Assembly: GCA_040755995.1 (NCBI GenBank)
Contig: JBFMAF010000024.1
Span: 288,001-352,000, forward strand
Length of the DNA stretch: 64,000 bases
Reading direction: 5' to 3'
DNA from: Acidobacteriota bacterium
Lineage (GTDB): Bacteria; Acidobacteriota; CAIWXX01
The notes under the pieces are model-generated. The model ran no database searches and was not told the DNA's origin. It saw only the letters and a program-made list of their open reading frames with translations. How positions within the stretch are numbered: the stretch's first letter is position 1; each line of letters starts with the position of its first letter. Positions 23,265 through 32,764 of the stretch are shown one piece after another. Position numbers and translations under genes: made by a program.

Positions 23265-23486
23265 CTATGCTTCTGGTGTACCGGCTGGTGGTGCGGGTGC
23301 CTGGTCCTTGCCCCGCTTCGGTCCTGTGAACTTCTCGTAGAATTCGGTCAGGAACCTGGTGACGGCGTCGGTCGTGTCAGTAACATGCCGGCGCACCTTT
23401 TCGTTCTTAGCGACCAGCACCGCGGTGCCGACGATCAATGCCGACTTGAACAGCAATCCGCCAAGCTTGGAATGTCCGACGATCAT
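23265..23486 (-). CDS. Small hypothetical protein
   Basis: GGAGGAGG RBS; hydrophobic N-terminus; last gene of the M48-TPR run. Confidence 0.6.
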   Translation of the reverse strand: MIVGHSKLGGLLFKSALIVGTAVLVAKNEKVRRHVTDTTDAVTRFLTEFYEKFTGPKRGKDQAPAPPAGTPEA

Positions 23487-23510
23487 GAATCCTCCTCCCG
23501 TCTCAATACA

Positions 23511-24203
23511 TCACACATTATGTGCCGAACGCTGTGCCGCTTCAAGAAGCTTGACCTCGGGCAGGGTGGGGTCGAGCATGGAGGCGATCTGAAGATGGGT
23601 GAGGGCATCGTATGGTTGGCCCTGCCGCAACAGGGAGGCTCCGAGCATCGCATGGGCCTCGGCGTCGACAGGAGTTGTCTCGATGCCCACGAGGAGCTCT
23701 CGCGCGGCCGACTTGTGGCGTCTCTTGCGGTACCAGATCTTGCCCAGCAGTGTGCGTGTCAGTCCCGCCTCGGCCGCCTTCAGGCTCGCCGTGGCGGCCT
23801 CGAAGCTCGATTTCAATGCGGCCGACCGCGCAGCCGCCTTCGACTCGGTGCATGCGGTGCAATAGGCCACTAGCGCCCGCAGGAGAAGTGTGTGGGCGTG
23901 GTCTGCGGGCAGCCGATCGAGCACGGGAGTCAACTTGGGCGCCATAGCAGGCTCTTCAGCCAGTATCTCGTAAAGCGAAGATACGGATTCGGAGTGACCG
24001 GGGTCGAGCTCCAGAACGGCGGCGAACTGTTCCAGGGCTCTGTCGTTGCGCCCCTGGAAGTGAGCACTACGCGCTTCCTGCGCCCGTTGCGCCGCTTCGT
24101 TGATCTCGCGGATCTGCCGGGCCTTTCGCACGATCTTCTCTTCGAGCTGGGCGGCCTTGTCGCGGAGGAACCCGGCGATGCGGCTGATCGAATCACGCGG
24201 CAC
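23511..24203 (-). CDS. Tetratricopeptide repeat protein
   Basis: TPR-like helices (VLELDPGH, LLGKIWY, AHAMLGASL); overlaps the upstream gene. Confidence 0.7.
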   Translation of the reverse strand: MPRDSISRIAGFLRDKAAQLEEKIVRKARQIREINEAAQRAQEARSAHFQGRNDRALEQFAAVLELDPGHSESVSSLYEILAEEPAMAPKLTPVLDRLPADHAHTLLLRALVAYCTACTESKAAARSAALKSSFEAATASLKAAEAGLTRTLLGKIWYRKRRHKSAARELLVGIETTPVDAEAHAMLGASLLRQGQPYDALTHLQIASMLDPTLPEVKLLEAAQRSAHNV

Positions 24204-25029
24204 GCTGTCGCCTCCACGCGAGCAGCTCCTTCGTCCGCTGCCGGCTCGCGAATCTGATCAACTCCCGCACGCGATGAGGACCGAACGGGTGCGTGATCTG
24301 CTCTGCCATGAGCATCATGCCCGCCTTCGAGAGAAGCTCGGCCCGATCGAGCTCGTCGGCCTGCTTGAGAAACTCGGCCATGTTCACTTGCGAAGCGAGT
24401 GTCTGCGAGCCGGCCGAGAGAAGCAGCTCCGCCTTGACTGCCGCGGTGATGTCGGCGCACAGGCAGTATCCCAGGGCGTCGCAGGAGTACTCGCAGGCCC
24501 TGACGTACCGCATCAAGAGGGTCTTGGCGGAGAGAGCGAGCGGGATTCTGAGGAGATCCGGGAGCTGCGCGAGCAGGCTGGTGGCCTGTCCGAACAGCAG
24601 CATCATGAGGATGCGGTAGAGCCGGTGGTTGCTCTTGATGTGGCCCAACTCGTGGCCGATGATCGAGCTCATCTGCTCGGACGTGGCGGTGTCGAGGAGC
24701 GATGAGTGGAGCACGATGAAGGTCTCTTCGTCCGCCTGCAGCCCGTTGGTGTATGCATTCATCACGGGGTGGTTGCTCACGTAGATGGTCGGGGGTTCGA
24801 TTCCCAGCAAGCGGCAGTGGCTGGTCAGAGTAGCGTGCAAAACGGGGAACTGCTTTCTCGCGACGCGGACCATTTTCCCGAGCTTGAAGCCCTTGAGCAG
24901 CTTGTGCTGGACGCTGTCGATAGCGGAGATCAGTTTGACGACGATCGGGTGCTGCGACACCCTGGCAAAGGTGCTGGCCTCCTCGGCGTGCCGGTAGTCC
25001 TCGATGTCGATGATCTGCTTGTCAGGCAT
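24193..25029 (-). CDS. M48 family metallopeptidase
   Basis: MNAYT, GHELGH, EYSCD, THP. Confidence 0.88.
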   Translation of the reverse strand: MPDKQIIDIEDYRHAEEASTFARVSQHPIVVKLISAIDSVQHKLLKGFKLGKMVRVARKQFPVLHATLTSHCRLLGIEPPTIYVSNHPVMNAYTNGLQADEETFIVLHSSLLDTATSEQMSSIIGHELGHIKSNHRLYRILMMLLFGQATSLLAQLPDLLRIPLALSAKTLLMRYVRACEYSCDALGYCLCADITAAVKAELLLSAGSQTLASQVNMAEFLKQADELDRAELLSKAGMMLMAEQITHPFGPHRVRELIRFASRQRTKELLAWRRQRAA

Positions 25030-25099
25030 GAAACCCTAATGAGGCGGGGCCTCAGACCGATGAAGCATGACCCCATGCTCCGTACCCAGGCCGAAGGCC

Positions 25100-25152
25100 G
25101 GTACCTGTGCCCGCACGCGCACCCGGTCGGAGGCGGATACGGGTACGGGTAC
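25100..25152. repeat. Hexamer-unit imperfect inverted repeat
   Basis: GTACCTGTGCCCGCAC.. opposite GGATACGGGTACGGGTAC. Confidence 0.45.
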
Positions 25153-25222
25153 AGATTCAGGCCCGTGAAATGCGGCTCGAAAGCCTCTGCTCATTCGCGC
25201 CATGCTCTACGCCTCCGGCTGC

Positions 25223-26626
25223 CTAGTCGTCCTCTGGCGGCTCGGATGGTTCGCCCTTGGCTGGCCGGATCTGGTACTGCTCCATCTTCTTGTACAGATT
25301 CGAGCGGGGGACGTCGATCTGGTTTGCTGTTTGAGATATGTTCCAATCGTTCTCGCGGAGGCGGGTGAGGATGAAGTGTTTCTCGCAGAGGTCGCGGTAT
25401 TCTCTCAGAGTGCGCGCGCCGGACACGTCCAGGATTCCGCGCGAGTTCGGCGGGGCCTTCTGGATCACCCCTTGCAGCATCAGGTCATCGGGGCCGATGC
25501 TGTCACCATCGCTCATGATCAAGAGCCGCTCGACCAGGTTTCTCAGCTCGCGGACGTTTCCGCGCCAGGGCATGGTGCGCATCGTCTGAATCGCATCCGG
25601 ATGAAAGCTCTTGTTTCGAAGGCTGTTCTCCTGGATGTACATCTGCCGAAAATGCTCCACCAGCGGCGGGATGTCATCGGGGCGCTCCCGCAGCGGCGGG
25701 CTCTGGATCGGGATCACGTTGAGCCTGAAATACAGGTCCTCGCGGAAACGGCCGGCCGTGATTTCGGCTTCGATCTCCTTGTTGGTCGCTGCGATGACCC
25801 TGACGTCGATCTTGATTATGCGATTCGCACCGATTCGCTCGATCTCCCCCTCCTGCAGCGCCCGGAGCACCTTTGCCTGCGTCTTCAGGCTCATGTCGCC
25901 GATCTCGTCCAGGAAGATCGTCCCGCCGCTCGCCTGCTCGAACTTCCCGATCTGTTTCTCGAAGGCTCCCGTGAACGAGCCCTTCTCGTGGCCGAACAGC
26001 TCGCTCTCGATCAGCTCCTCCGGTATCGCCGCGCAGTTCACCTGGACAAACGGTTCGGACCTTCGGGTGCTGAGCCGATGGATCTGTCGCGCCACCAGCT
26101 CCTTGCCCGTCCCACTCTCGCCGCGAATCAGGACTGTGGCGTGGGTAGGCGCCGCCTTCTGAATCGTCTCCAGCAGGCGCCGCATAGGGGCGCTCTCGCC
26201 CACGATCCGATATCGATTCTCTTCACGCAATCTGAACCGGCGGTTCTCCCGGGCGAGGCTCGAATGCGACAGCGCGTTGCGGACGGTCAGCAGCAGCTTG
26301 TCACGCTCGAGGGGCTTCTCGAGGAAGTCGAAGGCGCCCTGCTTTGTCGCCTCGACGGCCGTCGACACGGTGCCGTGCCCGGAGATCATGATCACCTCGG
26401 GGGGCTCCGGCGAGGCCACGATTCTCGGCAGAAGCTCCATGCCATCTACCTGCGGCATCTTGATGTCCAGCAGAACGATGTCAGGACGCTCCTCGTCGAT
26501 CATCCGCAGCCCCTCGCCGGCGTCCCGGGCTCCGACGAATACGTATCCCTCGTACTCCAGCACCATCTTCAGCGTGTCTCGAATGCCTTCGTCGTCGTCA
26601 ATCACCAGAATGCGCGGTTTCCCCAT
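25223..26626 (-). CDS. Sigma54-dependent response regulator (NtrC/NtrX family)
   Basis: REC, GESGTGKE, GSFTGA, FLDEI, WRGNVREL, Fis-type HTH. Confidence 0.93.
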   Translation of the reverse strand: MGKPRILVIDDDEGIRDTLKMVLEYEGYVFVGARDAGEGLRMIDEERPDIVLLDIKMPQVDGMELLPRIVASPEPPEVIMISGHGTVSTAVEATKQGAFDFLEKPLERDKLLLTVRNALSHSSLARENRRFRLREENRYRIVGESAPMRRLLETIQKAAPTHATVLIRGESGTGKELVARQIHRLSTRRSEPFVQVNCAAIPEELIESELFGHEKGSFTGAFEKQIGKFEQASGGTIFLDEIGDMSLKTQAKVLRALQEGEIERIGANRIIKIDVRVIAATNKEIEAEITAGRFREDLYFRLNVIPIQSPPLRERPDDIPPLVEHFRQMYIQENSLRNKSFHPDAIQTMRTMPWRGNVRELRNLVERLLIMSDGDSIGPDDLMLQGVIQKAPPNSRGILDVSGARTLREYRDLCEKHFILTRLRENDWNISQTANQIDVPRSNLYKKMEQYQIRPAKGEPSEPPEDD

Positions 26627-26907
26627 CAGACCGGTCACCTTTCTTGCGAGCGCAGCGGGAATGAGGGGCCGAGGACTGACTCACACACCCACGGCTCGAA
26701 CACCCCTCATGCCAGCTCCAACCGTACCATGCTCACCAGCACACTTTCAAGCGGAGGCGGGATGAGGTAGCATTAATGTCCTGGGGGGATGTTGAGAAGC
26801 CGGTTTCGCTCTGCTTGCCTGAACCAGGGGGCGTGCCCAGGGAGCGTTCGGCACCAGGCGAGGAGGCGGCCCGGCATTCCGATCGACACCCGGCTAGTCA
26901 CGACTGG

Positions 26908-29649
26908 ATGAAGCAAATGGAAACGGGTCCATCACGCACTCCGATCTTCGTGTTCGATATCTGGGGATGCCGCGGCTCGCGCAATCTGGAGCCGGGGTCG
27001 TCGCGACTGGGCACGCGGACGCCCTGCTACTCCGTCCTCGGCAGGGAAGAGCTCCTCGTTTTCGACGCGGGCCGCGGACTCGCCGCGCTCGGCATCGCGA
27101 TGAAGCAGGGCGTCCGGTATCAGAACGTCTCGCATATTCACCTGCTAGTGAGCCACGCTCACATGGATCACTGGGAGGGGCTCAAGGATGTCGACTGGTT
27201 CTGGCTGAAGGACCGGCCCCTGGAAGTGACGCTCCATGGGCCGTCGGAAGCAGTCGAGGCCGCTCGCGCGGCATTCGCTCATCCGTCCTACGTTCCGCTG
27301 GAACAACTGGCCTCCGGCACCAACGTGCGCTTCGACGTGGATGCTCTGAAGGCCGGAGATGAGCGCGATCTCGGTTCGTTCCGCCTCAAGACGGCGGCTC
27401 TCAACCATTACAGCGGCAGCGGCCCCACCAAACGCATGCTGGACGCACTGGGATTCCGCGCTGAAGGGAAGGATGGGCCCGTCGTTTCCTATGTCTCGGA
27501 TCACGAGCCATCGCCCAGCCATGCCGCGGATGAGGCCCGGCTGGTGACGGGCGCCTCGCTCATCGTGCTCGACGCTCACTATGCGAACATCTCCGAGCAT
27601 TCATACGGACACGGGTCGATCGAGTACGCAGCGCGGATCGCGCGCTCGTATCCGGACACCCTGGTCATGGCCAGCCACATCGGCTCGCTTCTGAGCGACG
27701 AGTCCATCATCGAGTCGGTCCTCCGCCACGCCCAGGGCGTCGCCAATTTCCGGCTCTCGCGCGAGGGGGATTCGTATTTCTGGAACTGGCGGGAGCAGAA
27801 GTTCATCACGCACGGACAGCCCCCAGCCGTCTCCGTCGGATCAGACGGCACACCGAGGCGGCCTTTCCCGAAGGGCGGTCTCGCGACGCCGGAAGACCTC
27901 CATATCCTCAGGCACGAGCTGAAGACCCCGATCAATCAGATCATGGGCTATTCGGAGCTCATCGAGGAGGAGATGGAGGACAAGGGCGAATCATCGTACA
28001 CCGCCGACCTGCGGAAGATCCACAAGGCCTCCCAGCAGCTGCTATACCTGGTCGATCAGATCCAGCTGCCTGACTCGGCCCCCGGCGCGCCGCCGCCGGT
28101 TCCGCAGCATTCAACCGGACTGGAACAGGCGACAGCCGAGATCGGGACCGACGACGAAGCCGCTGTCGCTCTTCCGGCGGATTACGATCAGAATGGAGCA
28201 CCTGGCGAGCACGTGCTTGTGGTCGACGACAACGAGCTGAACCTTGACATGCTGTCGCGACGGCTGAAGGGGCGGGGCTACCGCGTCTCGGTTGCGAGCG
28301 ACGGGCAGCAGGCGTTCGAGAAGGTGAATGCGGACCGGTTCGACGCGATCCTCCTGGATATAATGATGCCCGGCATCAGCGGGCTTGACGTGCTGAAGGC
28401 GCTGCGCAAGACGTATACTCCGGCCGACCTGCCGGTCATCATGGCCACGGCGAGGGATCAGAGCGAGGACATCGTGGAGGCGCTGAAGCTCGGCGCAAAC
28501 GACTACGTCACCAAGCCGCTCGATTTTCCCGTCGTCGTGGCGCGCCTCCGAACCCACCTCTCGCTGAAGAAGGCCAGGGATCGTGTGAACCGCCTGGTGG
28601 AAGGGTTGGAGGTCAGGAATCGATTCATACGAAAAACGTTCGGGCGGTATCTGAGCGACGACGTGGTAGCGAGTCTGCTGGAGAGTCCGGAGGGGCTCAA
28701 GCTTGGCGGCGACCGCCGCGTTGTGACCATGCTCATGGCCGACCTCCGAGGCTTCACCTCGATGACGCATGGGATGAACCCCGAGCTGGTCATGAGAGTC
28801 CTCAACAACTACCTGGGGACCATGGCGCACGTCATCACCAAGCATCGAGGGACAATTGACGAGTTCCTCGGCGACGGCATTCTGGCGCTGTTCGGGGCGC
28901 CGATTCAGGCTGAGGACGACCCGCGGCGCGCCCTCGCATGTGCGCTCGAAATGCAGGTGGCGATCGAGGCGGTGAATGAACACAATGCGGCCGAGGGGCT
29001 GCCGTCGATCGACATGGGCGTCGCACTGAACACGGGCGAGGTCGTCGTTGGCAACATCGGATCAGAGACGCGGGCCAAGTACGGAGTGGTGGGTAGCCAG
29101 GTGAACCTGAGCGGGCGAATCGAGTCGTTCACAGTCGGCGGCCAGATTCTGATGACTGACGCCACACTGCAGGCGGCCGGCCGTGACGTGCACGTGGGGA
29201 AGGCGCTGGCGCTGAACGCGAAGGGCTTCAAGGAACCAGTGCGCGTCTACGAGCTCGTGGGACTCGGCGCGCCTTACAACATCTTCCTCCCGCAGCGGAA
29301 GGACGCGCCGGTCCAGCTCTCGCAGGAGATCCCCGTTCTTTGCTGGGTGCTGAGCGACAAGCTGATCGACACGGATGTATTCGAGGGGTTCATTACCGCA
29401 TTGTCGCCCAGGGGTGGTGAGATGCGGTCTCTGGCCAGCCTGGAGCCTATGACCAACCTCAAGCTCCGCTTTGCCGGTGATCGTGAGAAGGTGCTCGATT
29501 CCGATATCTACGTCAAGGTGACATGTGCCGACGAGACGGCCCACGAACGGCTGAGCTTCCGCTTTACTTCGGCGCGGCCCGATGTGCTCGAATATATCCG
29601 GCAGCTTCGCGAGAACAACGGCCGGTTGCCTGGGGAGCCAGCACGCTAA
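26908..29649 (+). CDS. MBL-fold hydrolase - DHp - REC - class III (Cya2-type) cyclase fusion with C-terminal beta domain
   Basis: WGCRGS, SHAHMDH; RHELKTP with no HATPase; receiver LLDIMMP; ADLRGFT, IDEFLGDG, KYGVVGSQVNLSGRIE. Start uncertain (open from 26776). Confidence 0.88.
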   Translation: MKQMETGPSRTPIFVFDIWGCRGSRNLEPGSSRLGTRTPCYSVLGREELLVFDAGRGLAALGIAMKQGVRYQNVSHIHLLVSHAHMDHWEGLKDVDWFWLKDRPLEVTLHGPSEAVEAARAAFAHPSYVPLEQLASGTNVRFDVDALKAGDERDLGSFRLKTAALNHYSGSGPTKRMLDALGFRAEGKDGPVVSYVSDHEPSPSHAADEARLVTGASLIVLDAHYANISEHSYGHGSIEYAARIARSYPDTLVMASHIGSLLSDESIIESVLRHAQGVANFRLSREGDSYFWNWREQKFITHGQPPAVSVGSDGTPRRPFPKGGLATPEDLHILRHELKTPINQIMGYSELIEEEMEDKGESSYTADLRKIHKASQQLLYLVDQIQLPDSAPGAPPPVPQHSTGLEQATAEIGTDDEAAVALPADYDQNGAPGEHVLVVDDNELNLDMLSRRLKGRGYRVSVASDGQQAFEKVNADRFDAILLDIMMPGISGLDVLKALRKTYTPADLPVIMATARDQSEDIVEALKLGANDYVTKPLDFPVVVARLRTHLSLKKARDRVNRLVEGLEVRNRFIRKTFGRYLSDDVVASLLESPEGLKLGGDRRVVTMLMADLRGFTSMTHGMNPELVMRVLNNYLGTMAHVITKHRGTIDEFLGDGILALFGAPIQAEDDPRRALACALEMQVAIEAVNEHNAAEGLPSIDMGVALNTGEVVVGNIGSETRAKYGVVGSQVNLSGRIESFTVGGQILMTDATLQAAGRDVHVGKALALNAKGFKEPVRVYELVGLGAPYNIFLPQRKDAPVQLSQEIPVLCWVLSDKLIDTDVFEGFITALSPRGGEMRSLASLEPMTNLKLRFAGDREKVLDSDIYVKVTCADETAHERLSFRFTSARPDVLEYIRQLRENNGRLPGEPAR

Positions 29650-29894
29650 CTCAGTTCATGCGACAGTTGGACGAAGCGGTCGACGGTCGTCGGCTCAGGT
29701 TCGCGGGTGCAGAGGCGATGCAGTCGGATTGCGGCCGTCTCGGACACCAGGCAATCGATTGGCGATCTGTGGTATCCTAGAGGCCGAGCTTCGAAACGAT
29801 CAAGTGAAGGAGTCACTCATTATCACGTCCGCGCTCCCGTGACGTGGGACATCCATCGGCCGATGAGATGAGATCGGCAGGGAGGAAGAAAGAC

Positions 29895-31973
29895 ATGGAA
29901 TCCGTGACACTCGACGATGCCCGGCGCAACGACGTGGTGGCGGCGCTCGGGAAATGCCCGCTCTTCCGCGCGCTCAAGGCTGAGCACTTCCCTCAGATTA
30001 TCAACATTGGTGAGCTCTACCAGTATGATCCGGAGGAGGTGATCATACGGCAGGGAGATCCCTCTGATTCGTTCTTCGTGATTGTGGATGGTGAGGTATC
30101 CGTGAGAGATGCCAAGCCCGACGGCGAGTACATAGAGCTCGGGCGAATGCCCGCGAAGAGCAGCGTCGGCGAGATCGGCCTGTTGTTGGATGAGCCTCGG
30201 ACTGCCACCGTGGTGGCCACTCAGCAGGCGGTGGTGTTGAAGTTCGGCGCGAAGGCCTTCCATGTCATGTTCCAGAAGATCCCGGATTTCGGCGTGGGGG
30301 TTAGCCGCGGGCTGGCCCACCGGCTGGAGCAGGTATCGGGCCGTCGCGTAGCGCTGCCCGAGTACGACACGACGAAGCCGAGGCCCCCGGTCGACGTGCT
30401 CAGCCTGCTCCCCAGGGAGCTGTGCCAGCGCCATCGCATCCTCCCGCTGCAGGTCGATGGGAGTATCGTCACGATGGGGTTCGTGGATGAGCCCAGCACG
30501 CAGGTGATGACCGCCGTTCGCGACCAGCTCGCCAGCATGGACATCAGACCCATGCACATCAACCTCGAGTTCTACAACAAGATCATGCAGAGCTACGTCG
30601 GGCTGGAAGGCTGGGGAGCGCCAGCCGAGGCTGCCCCCGAGGCGCCCCCAGCTGCACGACCTCAATCCAAGTCGCCTCGGCTGGATGGTCTGTTGGAGAG
30701 GGTGGTGGCGGAAGGCGCATCGGATTTGCACGTGTCCGCCGGCCACAAGCCTCACTGGCGCATAGAAGGCGACATGCAGACGATCGTGGACCTACCGGTG
30801 CTTGGCGAGAACGAGGTCTTCGAGCTGCTCCAGCCGGTAATGGAACACAGGCATCTGGACGAGTTCGCGGAGAGAATGGACGCGGACTTCGCCTACGCGG
30901 TGCCCGGCCTCGCCCGTTTCCGCGTCAACATGTACAAGGACAACCACGGGGTCGGTGCGGCTTTCCGTCTGATTCCGTCCAAGGTTCTCACACTCGATCA
31001 GCTCGGCCTCCCCGCAGTCCTCAAGAACTTCTGCGAGGTTCCCAAGGGGCTGATCCTGGTGACGGGTCCGACCGGCTGCGGGAAGTCCACAACCCTGGCC
31101 GCGATGATAGACCACATCATCAAGACGCGCAAGGCACACATCGTGACGCTGGAGGACCCGATCGAGTTCGTTCATCAGAGCGATGCCTGCCTGATCAACC
31201 AGCGCGAGATCGGGGGTCAGGTGCAGAGCTTCGGCAGAGGCTTGCGCGCCGCGCTGCGCGAGGACCCGGACATAGTTCTACTGGGCGAGATGCGGGATGC
31301 AGAGACGATCGCATTGGCGCTCGAGACCGCCAACACGGGCCACCTTGTGCTGGCCACGTTGCACACAAACACAGCCATCACGGCGCTCGACCGGATCATC
31401 GACTCGTTCCCCGGCGACCAGCAACCCCAGATTCAGAGCACGCTCGGGGATGTGTTGAGAGGCGTCGTCGCGCAGATGCTCGTCAAGAAGATCGGCGGAG
31501 GCCGCATGGCCGTGTGCGAGGTCATGGTCGTGAACTACGCCATACAGAACCTCGTCCGCGAGAAGAAGACTCAACAGATCCCCAGCGTCATGCAGACGGC
31601 CAGGGGCATAGGGATGGCACTGCTCAACGACGAGCTTGCGAAGCTGGTGGAGGATCGGAAGATCGAGATGCAGGAGGCCATGAGCAAGGCCATCGACAAG
31701 GACGATCTCAACCGGCGCTTCCGGAGCGGCCTGACGCTCGCCGAGGACCCACCCACCTTCGAGCGGGTCCGGATCATCGCTGTGAGGCCGTCGACTCCGG
31801 CCTCCGAGGCCGGGCTGCATCGCGGAGACTACATCGTGGAATTCGCCGGGAAGCCGACCAAGGAGTACACGGTGGACGAGATTCGAGCCGCCTTCCGCAT
31901 CGATATGCAGCACCAGCTCGGCATCCAGAGGGGTGACAAGCGCCTCAAGATTGTCATGGACATGCGCAAGTAA
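29895..31973 (+). CDS. pilT: PilT-family retraction ATPase with N-terminal cNMP-binding and T2SSE_N-like domains and C-terminal PDZ
   Basis: IIRQGD..GEIGLL..PRTATV; LLPRELCQRHRILPL; ASDLH, RFRVN, GPTGCGKST, EDPIE, GEMRD, TLHT, AIQNLVRE; PASEAGLHRGD. Confidence 0.88.
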   Translation: MESVTLDDARRNDVVAALGKCPLFRALKAEHFPQIINIGELYQYDPEEVIIRQGDPSDSFFVIVDGEVSVRDAKPDGEYIELGRMPAKSSVGEIGLLLDEPRTATVVATQQAVVLKFGAKAFHVMFQKIPDFGVGVSRGLAHRLEQVSGRRVALPEYDTTKPRPPVDVLSLLPRELCQRHRILPLQVDGSIVTMGFVDEPSTQVMTAVRDQLASMDIRPMHINLEFYNKIMQSYVGLEGWGAPAEAAPEAPPAARPQSKSPRLDGLLERVVAEGASDLHVSAGHKPHWRIEGDMQTIVDLPVLGENEVFELLQPVMEHRHLDEFAERMDADFAYAVPGLARFRVNMYKDNHGVGAAFRLIPSKVLTLDQLGLPAVLKNFCEVPKGLILVTGPTGCGKSTTLAAMIDHIIKTRKAHIVTLEDPIEFVHQSDACLINQREIGGQVQSFGRGLRAALREDPDIVLLGEMRDAETIALALETANTGHLVLATLHTNTAITALDRIIDSFPGDQQPQIQSTLGDVLRGVVAQMLVKKIGGGRMAVCEVMVVNYAIQNLVREKKTQQIPSVMQTARGIGMALLNDELAKLVEDRKIEMQEAMSKAIDKDDLNRRFRSGLTLAEDPPTFERVRIIAVRPSTPASEAGLHRGDYIVEFAGKPTKEYTVDEIRAAFRIDMQHQLGIQRGDKRLKIVMDMRK

Positions 31974-32007
31974 CTGCTGCGGGCGGCAGGCGAGACGGGG
32001 GTAGGAG

Positions 32008-32664
32008 ATGACCAAGAGATCGTTCTTGTCGAAGGGCGCAGTGCTGTGGGAATTCGGCGATCTAGCCCGCAGCATCGCCGTGGTCGAACAGGGCAAGCTG
32101 GGCATCCGAACGGAGAAAGGGGACGTCATCGGCGTCGTCCTGCCGAAGATGATACTCGGCGAGACCGCCATCTTCACGCTCGATGGGCAGGCGCCGCGCC
32201 GAACGGCGACAGCGTTTGCGATGGAGGACTACACGCAGGTGACCGAATACCCCGTGCTAGTAGTGAAGGGCATGGTGGAGTCCGGCAATCTCGCGATCAT
32301 CTCCCAGATCCTGAAGACGCTTACGGGCCAGGTGAGTCGAATCTGCCTGGTCCTGTCAGGGGCTAACAGGGATCGCCCGGTGATACGTTCGACGATGCAG
32401 GGACTGCTGACGGGCATCGTTCACTCGGCGAAGGAGCTCGGCACCATCACCACCTGGGACGACTTCTTCCGCGCCTTCCGATTCCTGTCGATATTCAGGG
32501 ACGAGCTGGGCAGGCTCTGCGGGGACTTCATGCCCGGCGCAGCGGTGCAGTCGGAGACGCTCGACAAGCTGTCGACTACCATCAAAGAGATGTTCGGCGG
32601 CGATGACAGCATCGTCTTGCAGTTGGAGCAGTTCGTCGATGCATCTCGGGAGAAGGAGACATAG
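32008..32664 (+). CDS. Cyclic-nucleotide-binding domain protein without an obvious HTH
   Basis: LWEFGD, VEQGKL, LGETAIF..RRTATA; helical C-terminus; AGGAG RBS. Confidence 0.75.
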   Translation: MTKRSFLSKGAVLWEFGDLARSIAVVEQGKLGIRTEKGDVIGVVLPKMILGETAIFTLDGQAPRRTATAFAMEDYTQVTEYPVLVVKGMVESGNLAIISQILKTLTGQVSRICLVLSGANRDRPVIRSTMQGLLTGIVHSAKELGTITTWDDFFRAFRFLSIFRDELGRLCGDFMPGAAVQSETLDKLSTTIKEMFGGDDSIVLQLEQFVDASREKET

Positions 32665-32764
32665 AGCAGAGACCTGCCCCGCGATGACTGCCCATTTCTC
32701 TGGGAGGACTGCGGCGGCGCGGGCCAAGGTGTCCGACGCCTCAGCCTCCGCCGCCGGCGGGTCA

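Noticed and set aside
22963..23340. ORFs spanning the octamer array
   Set aside because: They are low-complexity translations of the repeat with no RBS or domain.
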